A DNA stretch of 64,000 bases, from NCBI RefSeq assembly GCF_963921235.1, contig NC_086098.1, forward strand, positions 6,820,001-6,884,000, in the 5' to 3' direction. The notes under the pieces were generated by a model. The model saw only the letters and a list, made by a program, of their open reading frames with translations, searched no databases and had not been told where the DNA came from. Position 1 is the first letter of the stretch. Each line of letters opens with the position of its first letter. Origin of the DNA: Mobula hypostoma. Lineage: Eukaryota. The translations under genes and the position numbers were made by a program. Below are positions 15,156-26,478 of this stretch, piece by piece.

Positions 15156-16080
15156 GGCGGTGTTTCTTTGTTTTGTGGCTACCTGCAAGAAGATGAATCT
15201 CAAAGTTGTATACAGGGTAGAGGCAAAACGAATCCCAAAATCAAAACAAAACAATTGCCCGCAACTGTGTGGACTGCTATACTTGTGTGACGCGCCCACA
15301 GCATCAATGACCGCTCCAAAAGTTGAACCCTTCATTCAACTTTATTAGCAATTAGAAAACATACAATTAAGCATTATTGAGTGCTATCTCAGCAGTCAGC
15401 AGAAGATACGACCTCCGCCAGTCCCACGGTACAAGCTGCCAGGAAATATGCAAGAATACGTAAATTATTGCAGTCACTTTTACTACGCCCCCACTGATCT
15501 GACTGATAACCATAATAGACAGTGAATGCGCAACACAGAATACAATAGAACAGGTACATGGCTCCTACAGACTGTATCCATACTTTGTTAATAGATGTAC
15601 TGTGAACTTTGATCATAAACCTGGTTCTGATTGTAAGAGTGGTGAACAAAGCAGAACACTAACGCTGGGTTGAAAGAGGAGGAACAGTTTTGAAAGCTAC
15701 TCCGTGTGAAAGAATTTCATTCCAGTTTGCAGAGCAGAAATTCTATGAACGACCTCTCATGCTCAACCAAGCATCCGATAGCCTTGGTAAAAGAACACCA
15801 ACAAGATATTGTAACTGACAGGATTACCCTTGGTGCTTTAAGTTCTTTTTGTGCCAGACTAAAGTGGGCTTGATTCAACTCCTCTCTCTGTTTGAATAAG
15901 AAATGAATAATGAAATTCAATATCTTCTTAAAGGGCACAGAGATAAGGTCAGATTTATCACCCTGTCTAATACATAGTAGGGGTCCTGCACATGTATTTC
16001 TGTGCAGATAAAAAGGCACCTTGCTGTTCTCTAATGTCATAATGGGACAAGGGAGTACGATACCTTGCATCTGCACATCA

Positions 16081-17410
16081 GATTCAAGATTCAAGATAGT
16101 TTAATGTTAATTTCCAGTACAAAAGTGTAAAGGAGAACAAAATAATTGTTACTTTGGATCCAATGCAGAACAAAAAGCAATAAGATACGTAGCCCCCCTG
16201 GCCACCCTCAGGGTCGCTCAGCTCACTGTCGTCTAGGGAAACAGCCCTCGGCCCCGCCAAACTGGGTAATAGTTTGAGTGGATGCTGTGTGATGTACCCC
16301 ACCCCGCCCAAATAACAGACAATACACCAGATACGATTAAATGATTTACAGCTTATAGATATTACTGGAACTATATAATTAATAGAGAATAAAATATAAA
16401 AGGAAAATAAAAGGCGCCACACTTATCAAAGTTCAATCTCTTTGTGCACAAACAATTGGAGCTCGGGACCTTTCTTCTTCACCCTGCGACCCCCGGACCA
16501 CCTCAACCGGCCGCCTGGGACCAACAACAGTGGTCAACCAGACGCTCCACACGAGTCCGTCTCCGTCTCCTCTCCTCGCTGAATGCCCCGCTCGGGGTCC
16601 GACCCCGTTAGCGGACTCACAGCACCTGGTCCATCCTCTGTCTCTCTCTCCCGCCTTCTGCCCCAAAACCCCGCACATACAGTATCTTCAAATACACCAA
16701 AAACATAACAACTATCCCAATTGGTTCATTCATCCTCATATCAATAGATAATACAAAAAAAACGCTAGCGGGAAGGACTTTCTCAGCGTTTAACATAACA
16801 AAGGAGCATTCCTAAGTATAACATAACAAAGAAGCCATTTTAATTAGCCTACACAGTAACATAAAAGACGAAACCCCCTTACGGATAAATAACACAGTAA
16901 TAAAAAAAATCACAATAAATATAAATACATAAAACAGCTTATATGCATGGATTGATTGTATGTTTATAAAGTGACTCTGGGCACAGGAGTGTCTGTACAT
17001 ACGGTGGCTCTGACAGGACATGATTAAGTAGTGGTGTTTGGGAATGTGGAGGGCTGGGTTTGTGGGTGCAGGTGTTGATCAGTCTTACTGCTTGGGGAAA
17101 GTAACTGTTTTTGAGTCTGGCTGTCCTGGTGTTGGTACTATATAGCCTCCTCCCTGGTGGGTGTGGGACACCAGTCCATGAGCAGGGTGTGTGGGATCCT
17201 TCATGATGTTACTGGCCCTTTTCCGGCACCTTTCTCTGTATATACGTCTCTGACAGTGGTTAAGCTGGTGCTGCTGGTGCGTTGGGCAGTTTTGATTACT
17301 CGTTGTAGAGCCTTTCTGTCCACCACAGGCATTTCCCGTACCAAGCAGTGATGCAGCTTGTCAGAATGTTGTCTACTGGGCATGATGTAAAATGATGTGA
17401 GTACAGATAT
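16081..17410 (-). mobile_element. Rex1/Babar-like LINE 3' fragment hosting a solo LTR
   Basis: (TCTTGAA)n tail at 16081; DRKALQRVIKTAQR remnant; collinear with uninterrupted copies at 20660-21062 and 38245-38850. Confidence 0.8.
16188..16883 (-). mobile_element. Solo LTR (Gypsy-like), copy 1, CG...CG termini
   Basis: 4-bp TSD GATA (16184-16187, 16884-16887); reverse complement aligns end-to-end with 31295-32019; no long TIRs; strand given relative to copy 2. Confidence 0.85.
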
Positions 17411-17634
17411 CGCTGTGATGATTGTACGTTCTAGTATCAATTGTTTGGCGACAATAAAGTATGTGTGGGTACAGATAAGCAGGATGTGCTGAAGTCAATT
17501 CTGTTACAAAGTACTTTGCATCCCATGTAGATCTGACATCGTCAACATTCGCAAATTTTACTCTGAAGTTGGGACCAGATTCTCCATTGTCACTTGGGCA
17601 CGTGCTTATTCTTCATCTAGAATACTGGACAGAC

Positions 17635-17905
17635 TGGTAGAGTAGTGGTTAGCGCAATTGCATTACTGTACAGTGCCGAGGATCCCTGATCAGGGTTCAG
17701 TTCCCGCCTCACTCTGTAATGAGTTTGTCCGCTCTCCCCGTGACCGTGTGGCTTTCTTCCAGGTGCTCCAGTTTCCTGCCACGGTCCAACGATGCACAAG
17801 TTGGGGTCAGTAAGCTGTGGGTGTGCTGTGTTAGTCCCAGAAATGTGGCGACACTTGCGGGCTGCCCCCAGCATAATCTTCACTGGCTTGACTTGACACG
17901 CTTCA
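17635..17905 (+). mobile_element. V-SINE
   Basis: GTAGTGGTTAGCG (A box), GGGTTCAGTTCCC (B box), V-domain CTCTCCCCGTGACCGTGTGGCTTTCTTCCAGGTGCTCCAGTTTCCTGCCAC. Confidence 0.75.
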
Positions 17906-18911
17906 CTGTGACGGATAAGGGAGGGGAGGGAGGGAACATCGACTCAGACCATGAGAGGCCTGTGTCGAGCATTTTCATGTCTTACAAGGTGACAGATAAA
18001 GCTAATCTTTATCTCTATTGTGTATTTATTGAGATACAGCATGGAATAGGCCTTTCCAGCCCTTCGAGCTGTGCTGCCCAGCAAATACCGACTTAACCCT
18101 AGTCTGATCTTGGGACAATTTACAATGAATAATTAACCTACCAACCAATGTGTCCTTGGACTGTGGGAGGAAACTGGAGCACCTGGGGGAAACCCACGTG
18201 GTCGCGGGGAGAACATACAGACTCCCTACAGGCAGTGGCAGGAATTAAACCTGGGTCGCTGGCACTTGTGCGGCCCGATCCTCGGAGAAGCAACCCACAA
18301 ACAAATCATGTCAGCCCCGGAATGTTGTCATCTTGATGTACGGAAGCTGACAGCTAATTTGATTTAATAATTAAATTCATCACTTTTGTTCAATATAAGC
18401 GAAAGCTAACAAAAGAATGCACCCTCAGGCTGAAGCAACATAAGGAACCAAAAATTCAAGTTCTCAGTACATACAGAGTATTTCAACAGCACAAATGATG
18501 TAGTCAAACAAGAAGAAAGTTTCACAGAGCTGCAGAACGTTGTGAACTGATTTTCACAATACGCACAGGTGTGGTGGAGGTGTTTGGATTCTGACTCAGA
18601 TTCAGATTTATTTTTCATATACAACACGTATGATGTGTACAGTGTACGGTGAAATGCGTCATTCCTGAGTGTGTATGTGTATAGTGATACACATAATTTA
18701 AATGTCAGTGGAATGCATCGGGCGTTAATGAGTACAGTGAAGTGTGTAATTTCTATTAGCAACCAAACACCTATGAATGTGCTGGGGCAGCCCACAATTT
18801 TGTCACACATTCGGCCACTAACCTATTATTCCCACCATGCCTGGCAGAACAACACAGAACACAACAAACAACAGTAGAACAACCCACATTTTCCATTGTA
18901 TATATACAAAT

Positions 18912-19030
18912 AGGCCTCCAAATCCAGGACAGGTCTCCACAGACAGGCCTCCAACTCCAAGATATGTCACCCAGCCAGGCCTCCAAATCCAGGACAGGTC
19001 TCCACAGACAGGCCTCCAAATCCAGGACAA
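18912..19030. repeat. Short minisatellite, ~32-33-bp unit x ~3.5
   Basis: AGGCCTCCAAATCCAGGACAGGTCTCCACAGAC repeated, with one variant unit. Confidence 0.85.
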
Positions 19031-19722
19031 GTGATAAGATACTGGTGATGCTTCACTTGGAGTATTGTGAGCAGTTTTGGGCCTCTTATCTAAGGATGTG
19101 CTGAAACTGGAGGGGGTCCAGAGGAGGTTTCACAAGAATGATTCTAGTAGTGAAAGATTAATGTATGAGGGACATTCAAGTTTAATTGTCAATCAACAAC
19201 CTGTAAATACAGCCAAACAAAACAGCTCCAGGGCCAAGGTGCCAGATGCCCCAGAGCCATCAAGAGTTTTTCATGGCTCTGGGCCTATACTCAGTGGATT
19301 TAGAAGAATGAGGGGGGACCTCACTGAAACCTGTCTAATATTGAAGGCCTGGGTAGGTTGGACGTGGAGAGGATGCTTCTATTATGAGAGAGTCTTAAGA
19401 CCGGGGGCACAGCCTCGGAATAGAAGGCTGTCTCTTCAGAACAGAGTTGAGGATGAATTTCTTCAGCCAGAGGGTGGTGAATTCATTGGCCACAGATGGT
19501 TGTGGAGGACAAGTCATTGGGTATATCTAAGGTGGCGATCAATAGGTTGTTGATTAGTAAGGGCATTAAAGGCTATGGGAGAAGGCAGGAGAATGGGATT
19601 GAAAGGGTTAATGAAATGTACTTTGAACTTTGAACTTTGAATCAGCCATGATGGTTTAATGGAGCTGACTTGATGGGCCAAAAGCCCCAGTTCTCCTCCC
19701 AAGTCTTATAGTCCTGTGGTCT
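19030..19722 (+). mobile_element. CR1 LINE 3' fragment with small internal insertions
   Basis: HLEYCEQFW, KDVLKLEGVQRRF, FRRMRGDLTET remnants; TCTTATAGTCCTGTGGTCT tail. Confidence 0.75.
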
Positions 19723-20659
19723 AAAACTGCCTTCTAAAGATGATTATTAACACGTACATTGTTTAGAGGGGTAAGATAAACCTATAGCAGGGTCAATGCT
19801 GGGCTGGTACTGCTCTATTCCCACTGGGATAGGGGATGATGCCTACTTCTTTTCAAGGTACCCCTCGGTTTTCATACTATTCCATACTGGCCTGCTTAGA
19901 CGTTTTTTTTTACACACACACCTTGAGTGTTTTTGTCTTTTAACCCCCTAGGCTGTGGCTGTAGAGACTATATTTTATTTTGAGACACTTCACAGTAACA
20001 GGCCCTTCTGGCCCAATGAGCCTGTGGTGCCCAATTACACCATGTGACCAGTTAAACTACTAATCTGTACGTCTTTGGAATGTGGGAGAAAACTGGAGCA
20101 TTTGAGGAACCCATCCGGTCACAGGTGGAATATACAAACTCCTTACCGACAATGGCGGGTGTTGTGATGGCGTAACGCCACTACCTGTTGCAATTTAAAG
20201 TGGAATAATGTAATGTATATGTTGAATAATACAGTAATACCATTCAAAAATGAACAACGGCTTTGCAAATAAGACTTTTCCCCATTAAGTGGCTGCTGAT
20301 TATTTTTTTTAAAACAACTTTTCACACAAGCCTGCTTCTCTAAAGCTGCATTCAATTGTATTGTCACTAAAAGAAAAGTGTTGACATTAATGTAAAGGAC
20401 CAAAAGGTAACAACAATCAATACGTATCCACTAGCAGAAATACACACACTAGACAATTCACTTAAACTGAGATAGATTAATTTAACTCCAGACTGGAGAG
20501 TTTCAGCCTCAACAATCTTTCTTGTTCTCCTTCATGCTGTTTAATGTATTTAATTTATGTGCATAATGTTTCTACCTTGTTGGGCATCTTGTAAATCAAT
20601 AACTCAGCATTCTTCTGCATGCTTGTTATGTGCAGCCATACCGAATTCTTGCTCTGACT

Positions 20660-21062
20660 AGATTCAAGATTCACGATTGTTTAATGTCAGTTCCAATGCA
20701 CAAGTGTAAAGGAGAATGAGATAATTGTTGCTCCGGATCTGGTGTAGCACAAAAAAAAACACACAATGATAATTAAAAAAACAAGAAATATAAAGACATT
20801 AATTAGCTTCTATACATAGAATGATTGTATGTCCATAAGAAGACACTAGGCACGGGAGTGTCTGTACATAAGGTGACTAACAGGAAATGATAAAATAGTG
20901 GAGGTTGGGGGTGTGGTGGAGTGACTTAGAGGGTGGAGGTATTGATCAGCTTTGGGGAAAGTATTGATCAGCTTTGGGGAAAGTAGCTGTTTTTCAGTCT
21001 AGTGGCCCTGGTGTGGATGCTATGTAGCCTTGTCCCTGATGGGAGTGGGGCAAGCAGTCCAT
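20660..21062 (-). mobile_element. Rex1/Babar-like LINE 3' fragment
   Basis: Same 3'UTR as 16081 and 38245 copies; contains a 22-bp tandem duplication ATTGATCAGCTTTGGGGAAAGT at ~20941-20984. Confidence 0.75.
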
Positions 21063-21702
21063 CACGGGCAAAGCTCTCCACAGCCCTTGAGTATATTTAC
21101 ATGGAGTAATGCCACAAGAAAGCAGCATCCATCATTAAGGACACCAACCCTCCAGGCCAGGCTCTCCATTTGGCACCGACAGTAGTTTGTTAAAGTTTTA
21201 GACGATGTACTGAATCTGTGCAAGGTGATGTTTATTTATCCTCAGGCGTTCCACTATTCATGGCCTCCTGACCTTGCCAGGTGCTCCTTTGAGTGATAAG
21301 TCCCATCAGCAAGTGGCTCCATTGCAATCCAAAGCAATCCTCATCCTATCCTGTAGGCAGCTGGAACTGGAACCTCGGCACTGGCTTGTTCTTGCCATGT
21401 AATTGGGTTAACAGCAAATCTGAAGTGACATAGACTTGACAAGACCACAAAGTCGACTTTCAAAGACCTCCCTCTTTCCATTAAGTACAATTTCTTCTTA
21501 GAGGGAAGAGACGGTGGTCCTTAGAGCTGTGAAAACGTATCTTTAATTATCCAATTATGTGAATTATCCAAATGTGTATGAGCAACCCCTTTAGACTTTA
21601 TACTCAGTAATATTTAACTCTCTGTAGCATCTATCTAACAGGTAGGATTTTTACTTTAGAGTTAAATAATAACAGCAAAAATTTATGCTACATTTGTAAA
21701 TA

Positions 21703-22527
21703 CAGTACTGTGCAAAATGATTCTGGGATTGAAAAGCTTGTCAAATGAGGAGTGATTGATGGTGCTGGGCTCACTATAATTCAGAAGAATGAGAGGGGAT
21801 CTCATTGAAACCTGTTGAATGGTGAAAGGCCTCAACAGAGTGGATGTGGAGAGGACGTTTCCTATGGTGGGGTGTCTAGCACCAGAGGGCACAGCCTCAG
21901 AATAACGGGGTATCCTTTTAGCACAGAAATGAGGAGGATTTTTTTTTAGCCAGAGTCGTGAATCTGTGGAATATGTTTCCACAAGCGGCTGTGGAAGCCA
22001 AGTCTTTGGTTCTGTTTAAGGGCAGAGATTCCTGATTAGTTGAGGCATGAAGGGATATGGGGAGATGGCAGGTGACTGGGCCTGAGGGGGAAAATGGGTC
22101 AGCCATGATGGAATGGCGGAGCAAACTCAGTGGGCCATACGGTCTAATTCTGCTCCTATATCTTATGGTTCTATGGCCTTAGGCATGCTAGATTTTTTAA
22201 TGTGGTTTCAAATAGCATGGCCTCCACAGATCTCTGATCTCAACATCATCGAGGCCAGAGACAGAAGCAAGTGAGACAGCCAAAGTCTGCACAACTGTGG
22301 CAAGTTCTCCAAGATGCTTGGAAAGCCTACCTGCCTATTTTCTTGTAAAACTGCAAGACAGTGTACATAAGAGGCAAAAAGGGTGGTCACGCTAAATATT
22401 GATTTGATTTCAGTGTTTACTGTTTACTGATCTTTATAGCAATTTTTTGATGTTTAGAAACTTATTTTTGAAAGCATCTTAACTTCATAGATTTTTTTTA
22501 CGTGTGTAAGACTTTTGCACAGTACTA
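21703..22527 (+). mobile_element. Non-autonomous Tc1-like element with both TIRs, interrupted by CR1
   Basis: TA+CAGTACTGTGCAAAA ... TTTTGCACAGTACTA+TA; WPPQISDLNIIEA transposase remnant. Confidence 0.85.
21716..22177 (+). mobile_element. CR1 LINE 3' fragment inserted in the Tc1 left TIR
   Basis: AGAAGAATGAGAGGGGATCTCATTGAAACC...TAATTCTGCTCCTATATCTTATGGTTCTATGG. Confidence 0.8.
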
Positions 22528-22690
22528 TATATTTCAGTAAGAGCTTTATAAAAACATCTCTGAGTATTATTAAACATAATATTTATGACACTGTAATTTT
22601 CATATTGTAGTGAGCTTTATACTACAGAAGAAGATATACCAGAATGGTAATTATGCGTAAGTAAAATTTATGCAAAAGTATACTGTGTAC

Positions 22691-22980
22691 TGGCATAGTG
22701 ACATAGTGGTTAGCACAATGTTTTACATTATCATTGACCTGGGTTCAATTCTTGCTCTGCCTGTAAGAAATTTGTACCTTCTGCCTGTGACAGCATGGGT
22801 TTCCTCCGGGTGCTCCTGTTTCCTCCCACAGTCCAAAGACGTACTGGTTGGTGGGTTAATTAGTCATCGTAAATTGTTCCCTGATTAGGTTAGGATTAGA
22901 AGCGGAGGGTTACTGGTCGGTGTGGCACAAAGGGCCAGAAAGGCCTACTCCACACTGTATATCAATAAGTCAATAAATAA
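22691..22980 (+). mobile_element. V-SINE, near full length
   Basis: A box ATAGTGGTTAGCAC, B box GGGTTCAATTC, V core GGGTTTCCTCCGGGTGCTCCTGTTTCCTCCCACAGTCCAAAGAC, CR1-like tail and (AATA)n. Confidence 0.85.
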
Positions 22981-24107
22981 GTACAATTTATGCAAAAAAT
23001 ACACAGCTGTAATTTTATCTTGAGATGTTTGTAGTACAAGAGGATTATATAGCAGTAACGTTTTATGTTGTAATATGACTTTTGCCATAAATGCATCTCA
23101 TAGTAATATTTGTGCTGCTATAATTTTTATACCTCTGTAATAGGTAAGATTTATTCTATTGTAAATTCTTATATTGCAGTAGTAAAGAGACTGCAGTCAA
23201 ATTTGAATGGTGGTAATATTTATCCCTCTCATTCTAAAGACAGATGGAAGAGATGATCAGCCATGTCATACGGCACAGCACGTAACGATGACGATGATGA
23301 ATATTTATTCAAAGATTCAAAGTACATTTATTATCAAAGTATGTATGTCATATACATCCCTGAGATTGACCTTCCCCACAGACAGTGAGATTGGGGCTGA
23401 GAGGGAAAAGAGATCGGTCATGATGAAATGTCAGAGCAGACTCAATGGGCTATATGGCCTAATTCTGCTCCTAAATCTTATCTATATTAGAATTAATATA
23501 AAGACAAAAAATAAGAATAACATTGTCCAGAATCTTTCTTCATTATCATATTCTTTTGCTTTGTTGAATTCAGCAATTCATTCCCTTGTCCTGTTTCCTC
23601 CTTCTACAATTCCCAGTTACAGCTGCAGAATCAGGTAACACTGCTTGGGCTCAGAAAGCTTACATTTCATCCTTTTCGTAATGTTAGCTGCAGAACGCCC
23701 CCCCCCACCTCTCCTGTTTGCAGTTATCCAAAATTTCAACCGATCAATCTCAGATGGCTTTCAAAAAAAACCGAGGACATGCTCCGTTTCTTTTTTATTA
23801 AAGGTACATAGACCGTGCTGTTATGGTTCAGTCAAAACAATTGGTATGATTGTGCTGTTATCTCAGCGCTCTGTAATAAAGTTTGTGTCAGTGATTAAAT
23901 GATAATATATAGCCCCATCTGAAGTCAGCGTGCATCAATTTCCATTTTTCACATTCCTTTCTGATTAAAATAACATGATCAAAGAGTGCTGGAGAGCAGA
24001 CAAGGAGTAGATCGCAAGCCTCGTGTATTCAGCTCAGCTTTGATTGGTTGTCCATCATATCCGACGATCACAGGAGAGTCTTTAAAGTGAAAAAGCAGTT
24101 GCACTGG

Positions 24108-24297
24108 GGCAACACACAAAGTGCTGGTGAACGCAGCAGGCCAGGCAGCATCTCTAGGAAGAGGTACAGTCAACGTTTCAGCCCGAGACCCTTCGTCAGG
24201 ACTAACTGAAAGAAGAGTTAGTAAGAGATTTGAAAGTGGGAGGGGGAGGGGAGATTCGAAATGATAGGAGAAGACAGGAGGGGGAGGGATGGAGCTG
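24108..24297 (-). mobile_element. Penelope-like terminal repeat (young subfamily)
   Basis: Highly similar to 33204-33422; contains hammerhead motif. Confidence 0.75.
24168..24203 (-). ncRNA. Minimal type I hammerhead ribozyme motif
   Basis: AGTC-CTGACGA-AGGGTCTCGGGCT-GAAA-CGTT-GACT: helix I AGTC/GACT, core CUGANGA/GAAA, GUU triplet, weakened stem II. Confidence 0.65.
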
Positions 24298-24299
24298 CA

Positions 24300-24702
24300 C
24301 TAGGGCAGTCCACTCTCTCGACCTTGGAAGTCCGGGTCCAGTCGTATGTGTAGTTGTCACCAGTGGGTTCTTCCTTGGTTGCAGTGGATAACCGTGACTT
24401 CTGTGTCTTGTCACGCCCTTCGCTCTCCGCGGATCGTTGCAGAACTACCTTCCTGGCTGTTGGATCTCACTGTTGAATTCACCTGCCCAGTCTGCTGGAG
24501 GTGCCTCTGCATGCTGGGATCCTGTCTCACTGAGGTACGAGGCCCATTGACTACCCTCACCTGGTTTAGCCCACCCGTGAAAATGGTGAACGGAGGTGTG
24601 GCCACTGTCACATGCAAACAGCTACTTGGAGCCATGAGTGAGAGCTGAGTGTCTGGTGAGTGAGCTGCCCCAGAATGGACACGACAAGCCCCTTCACCAG
24701 AT
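24300..24702. mobile_element. Unclassified interspersed repeat, possibly RTE-related
   Basis: Related sequence in opposite orientation at ~56445-56640 and same orientation at 1-110. Confidence 0.45.
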
Positions 24703-24759
24703 GTATTCAGCATTCCTTTGTTCATTATCTGCCATGTTGCTGACGTGAGCTAGCAGGAT

Positions 24760-25095
24760 CTTTCCATGAATATGATTGTTCTTGGCATATTTTTTCTGCA
24801 GAAGTGGTTTGCTATTGCCTTCTTCTGGGCAGTGGCTTTACAAGACGGATGACCCCAACCATTATAAACACTCTTCAGAGATTGTCTGCCTGCGTCAGTG
24901 GTCACATAACCAGGATTTGTGATATGCACCAGCTGCTCATACAACCATCCACCACCTGATCCCATGGCTTCACGTGATCCTGATAGGGGGCTAAGCAGGT
25001 GCTACACCTTCCCCAATGCCGACCTGCAGGCCAGCGGAGGGAAGGAATGCCTTACACCTCCTTTGGTAGAGACATATCTCCACCTCACCACCCAA
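24760..25095 (-). mobile_element. SINE-like repeat with RTE-type 3' end, near full length
   Basis: Collinear with 48360-48725; GAAGTGGTTTGCTATTGCCTTCTTC motif. Confidence 0.75.
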
Positions 25096-25264
25096 CATTA
25101 AAGCTTATAAATGGTAGTAGGTCCACGTGTATTACTCTGCCAGTACAGAAGGAAACAACACTGCAATGTGCATATTAATATTACAGTTACCAACATTACT
25201 GCTATAGCACAAGTATTACTGTAGAATAAATGAATATTGCCATGATACCAATATTAAAGTATTA

Positions 25265-25897
25265 ATTGAATTGAATTGACTAATTAATTCAGTGTGAATT
25301 AATCAGTTCTGATGGCCTGGTGGAAGAAGCTGTCCCAGAGCCTGTTGGTCCTGGCTTTTATGCTGAGGTACCGTTTCCCGGATGGCAGCAGCTGGAACAG
25401 TTTGTGGTTGGGGTGACTCAGGTCCCCAATGATCCTTTGGGCCCTTTTTACACACCTGTCTTTGTAAATGTCCTGAATAGTGTGAAGTTCACATCTACAG
25501 ATGTGCTGGGCTGTCCGCACCACTCTCTGCAGAGTCCTGCGATTGAGGGCCTGATTGAGTTCCCATACCAGGCAGTGATGCAGCCAGTCAGGATACTCTC
25601 GACTGTGCCCCTGTAGAAAGTTCTTAGGATTTGGGGGCCCATGCCAAACTCCTTCAACCATCTGAGGTGAAAGAGGCACTATTGTGCTTTTCTCACCACA
25701 CAGTCAGTATGTACAGACCAAGTGAGATCCTCGGAGATGTGTTTGCCGAGGAACTTAAAGCTGTTCACCCTCTCAACCCCAGATCCATTGATGTCAATAG
25801 GGGTTAGCCTGTCTCCAGTCCTCCTGTAGTCCACAACCAGCTCCTTGTCTTTGCAACGTTGAGGGAGAGGTTGTTTTCTTGACACCTCTGTGTCAGG
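25265..25897 (-). mobile_element. Rex1/Babar-like LINE, RT C-terminal pseudogene fragment
   Basis: KELVVDYRR..INGSGVERVNSFKFLG..EDLTWS..RKAQ..FYRGTVESILTGCITAWYGN..LQRVVRTAQHI..LPSGKRY..SFFHQAIR; (ATTCA)n tail. Confidence 0.88.
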
Positions 25898-25974
25898 ATG
25901 ATGAAATATATAACTGTAGAACAAATACTGCAGGAATACAATGATTAATGCGGGAAGGTCCATGCATTTCAGTA

Positions 25975-26478
25975 ATCTCGCCTTCTTTCCGTATCCCTTC
26001 ATGCTCTGACCAATCAAGAATCCATCAGCCTCTGCCTTAAATATACATAAAGTCTTGGACTCCACAGCTGCTTGTGGCAAATAATTCCACTGATTCACCA
26101 TTCTCTGGCTAAAGAAATTCCTTCTCATTTCCATTCTGAAAGGACGCCCCTTTATTCTGAGGCTGTGTCCTCTCATCTTAGGCTCTTCCACCATTGGAAA
26201 CATCCTCTCTACATCCACTCTATCAAGGCCTTTCAAAATTCAATAGGTTTCAATGAGGTCATCCTTCATTCTTCTGAATTCCAGTGAATACAGGCCCAGC
26301 GATGTTAAAAGCTCTTCATATGACAAGCCTTGCAATCCCGGAATCATTTTCATGAACCTCCTATGAACCCTCTCCAGTTTCAGCACATCCTTTCTTAGAT
26401 AGGGGGTCCAAAACTGGTCATATACTCCAAATGGGGCCTCACCGGTGCTTTATAAAGCCTCAACGTTACATCCTTGTT
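25975..26478 (-). mobile_element. CR1 LINE 3' fragment
   Basis: LRLYKAPVRPHLEY..GLDRVDVERMFPMV..RGHSLRIKGRPFRMEMRRNFFSQRMVNQWN. Confidence 0.85.

Noticed and set aside
14396..18546. Other AG..GT segments (14396-14452 plus; ~18475-18546 either strand)
   Set aside because: Short, readable in several frames or strands, with no recognisable protein; indistinguishable from chance.
18912..19030. CRISPR-like spacing of AGGCCTCCAA repeats
   Set aside because: The intervening sequence is itself repeated, the context is eukaryotic and there are no cas genes; it is a minisatellite.
22691..22760. tRNA gene at SINE heads
   Set aside because: A/B boxes are present but no full cloverleaf, and each is followed by the V-domain; these are SINEs.
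25679..26236. 185-aa ORF
   Set aside because: Chance in-frame fusion of a CR1 fragment, spacer DNA and a Rex1-like fragment.
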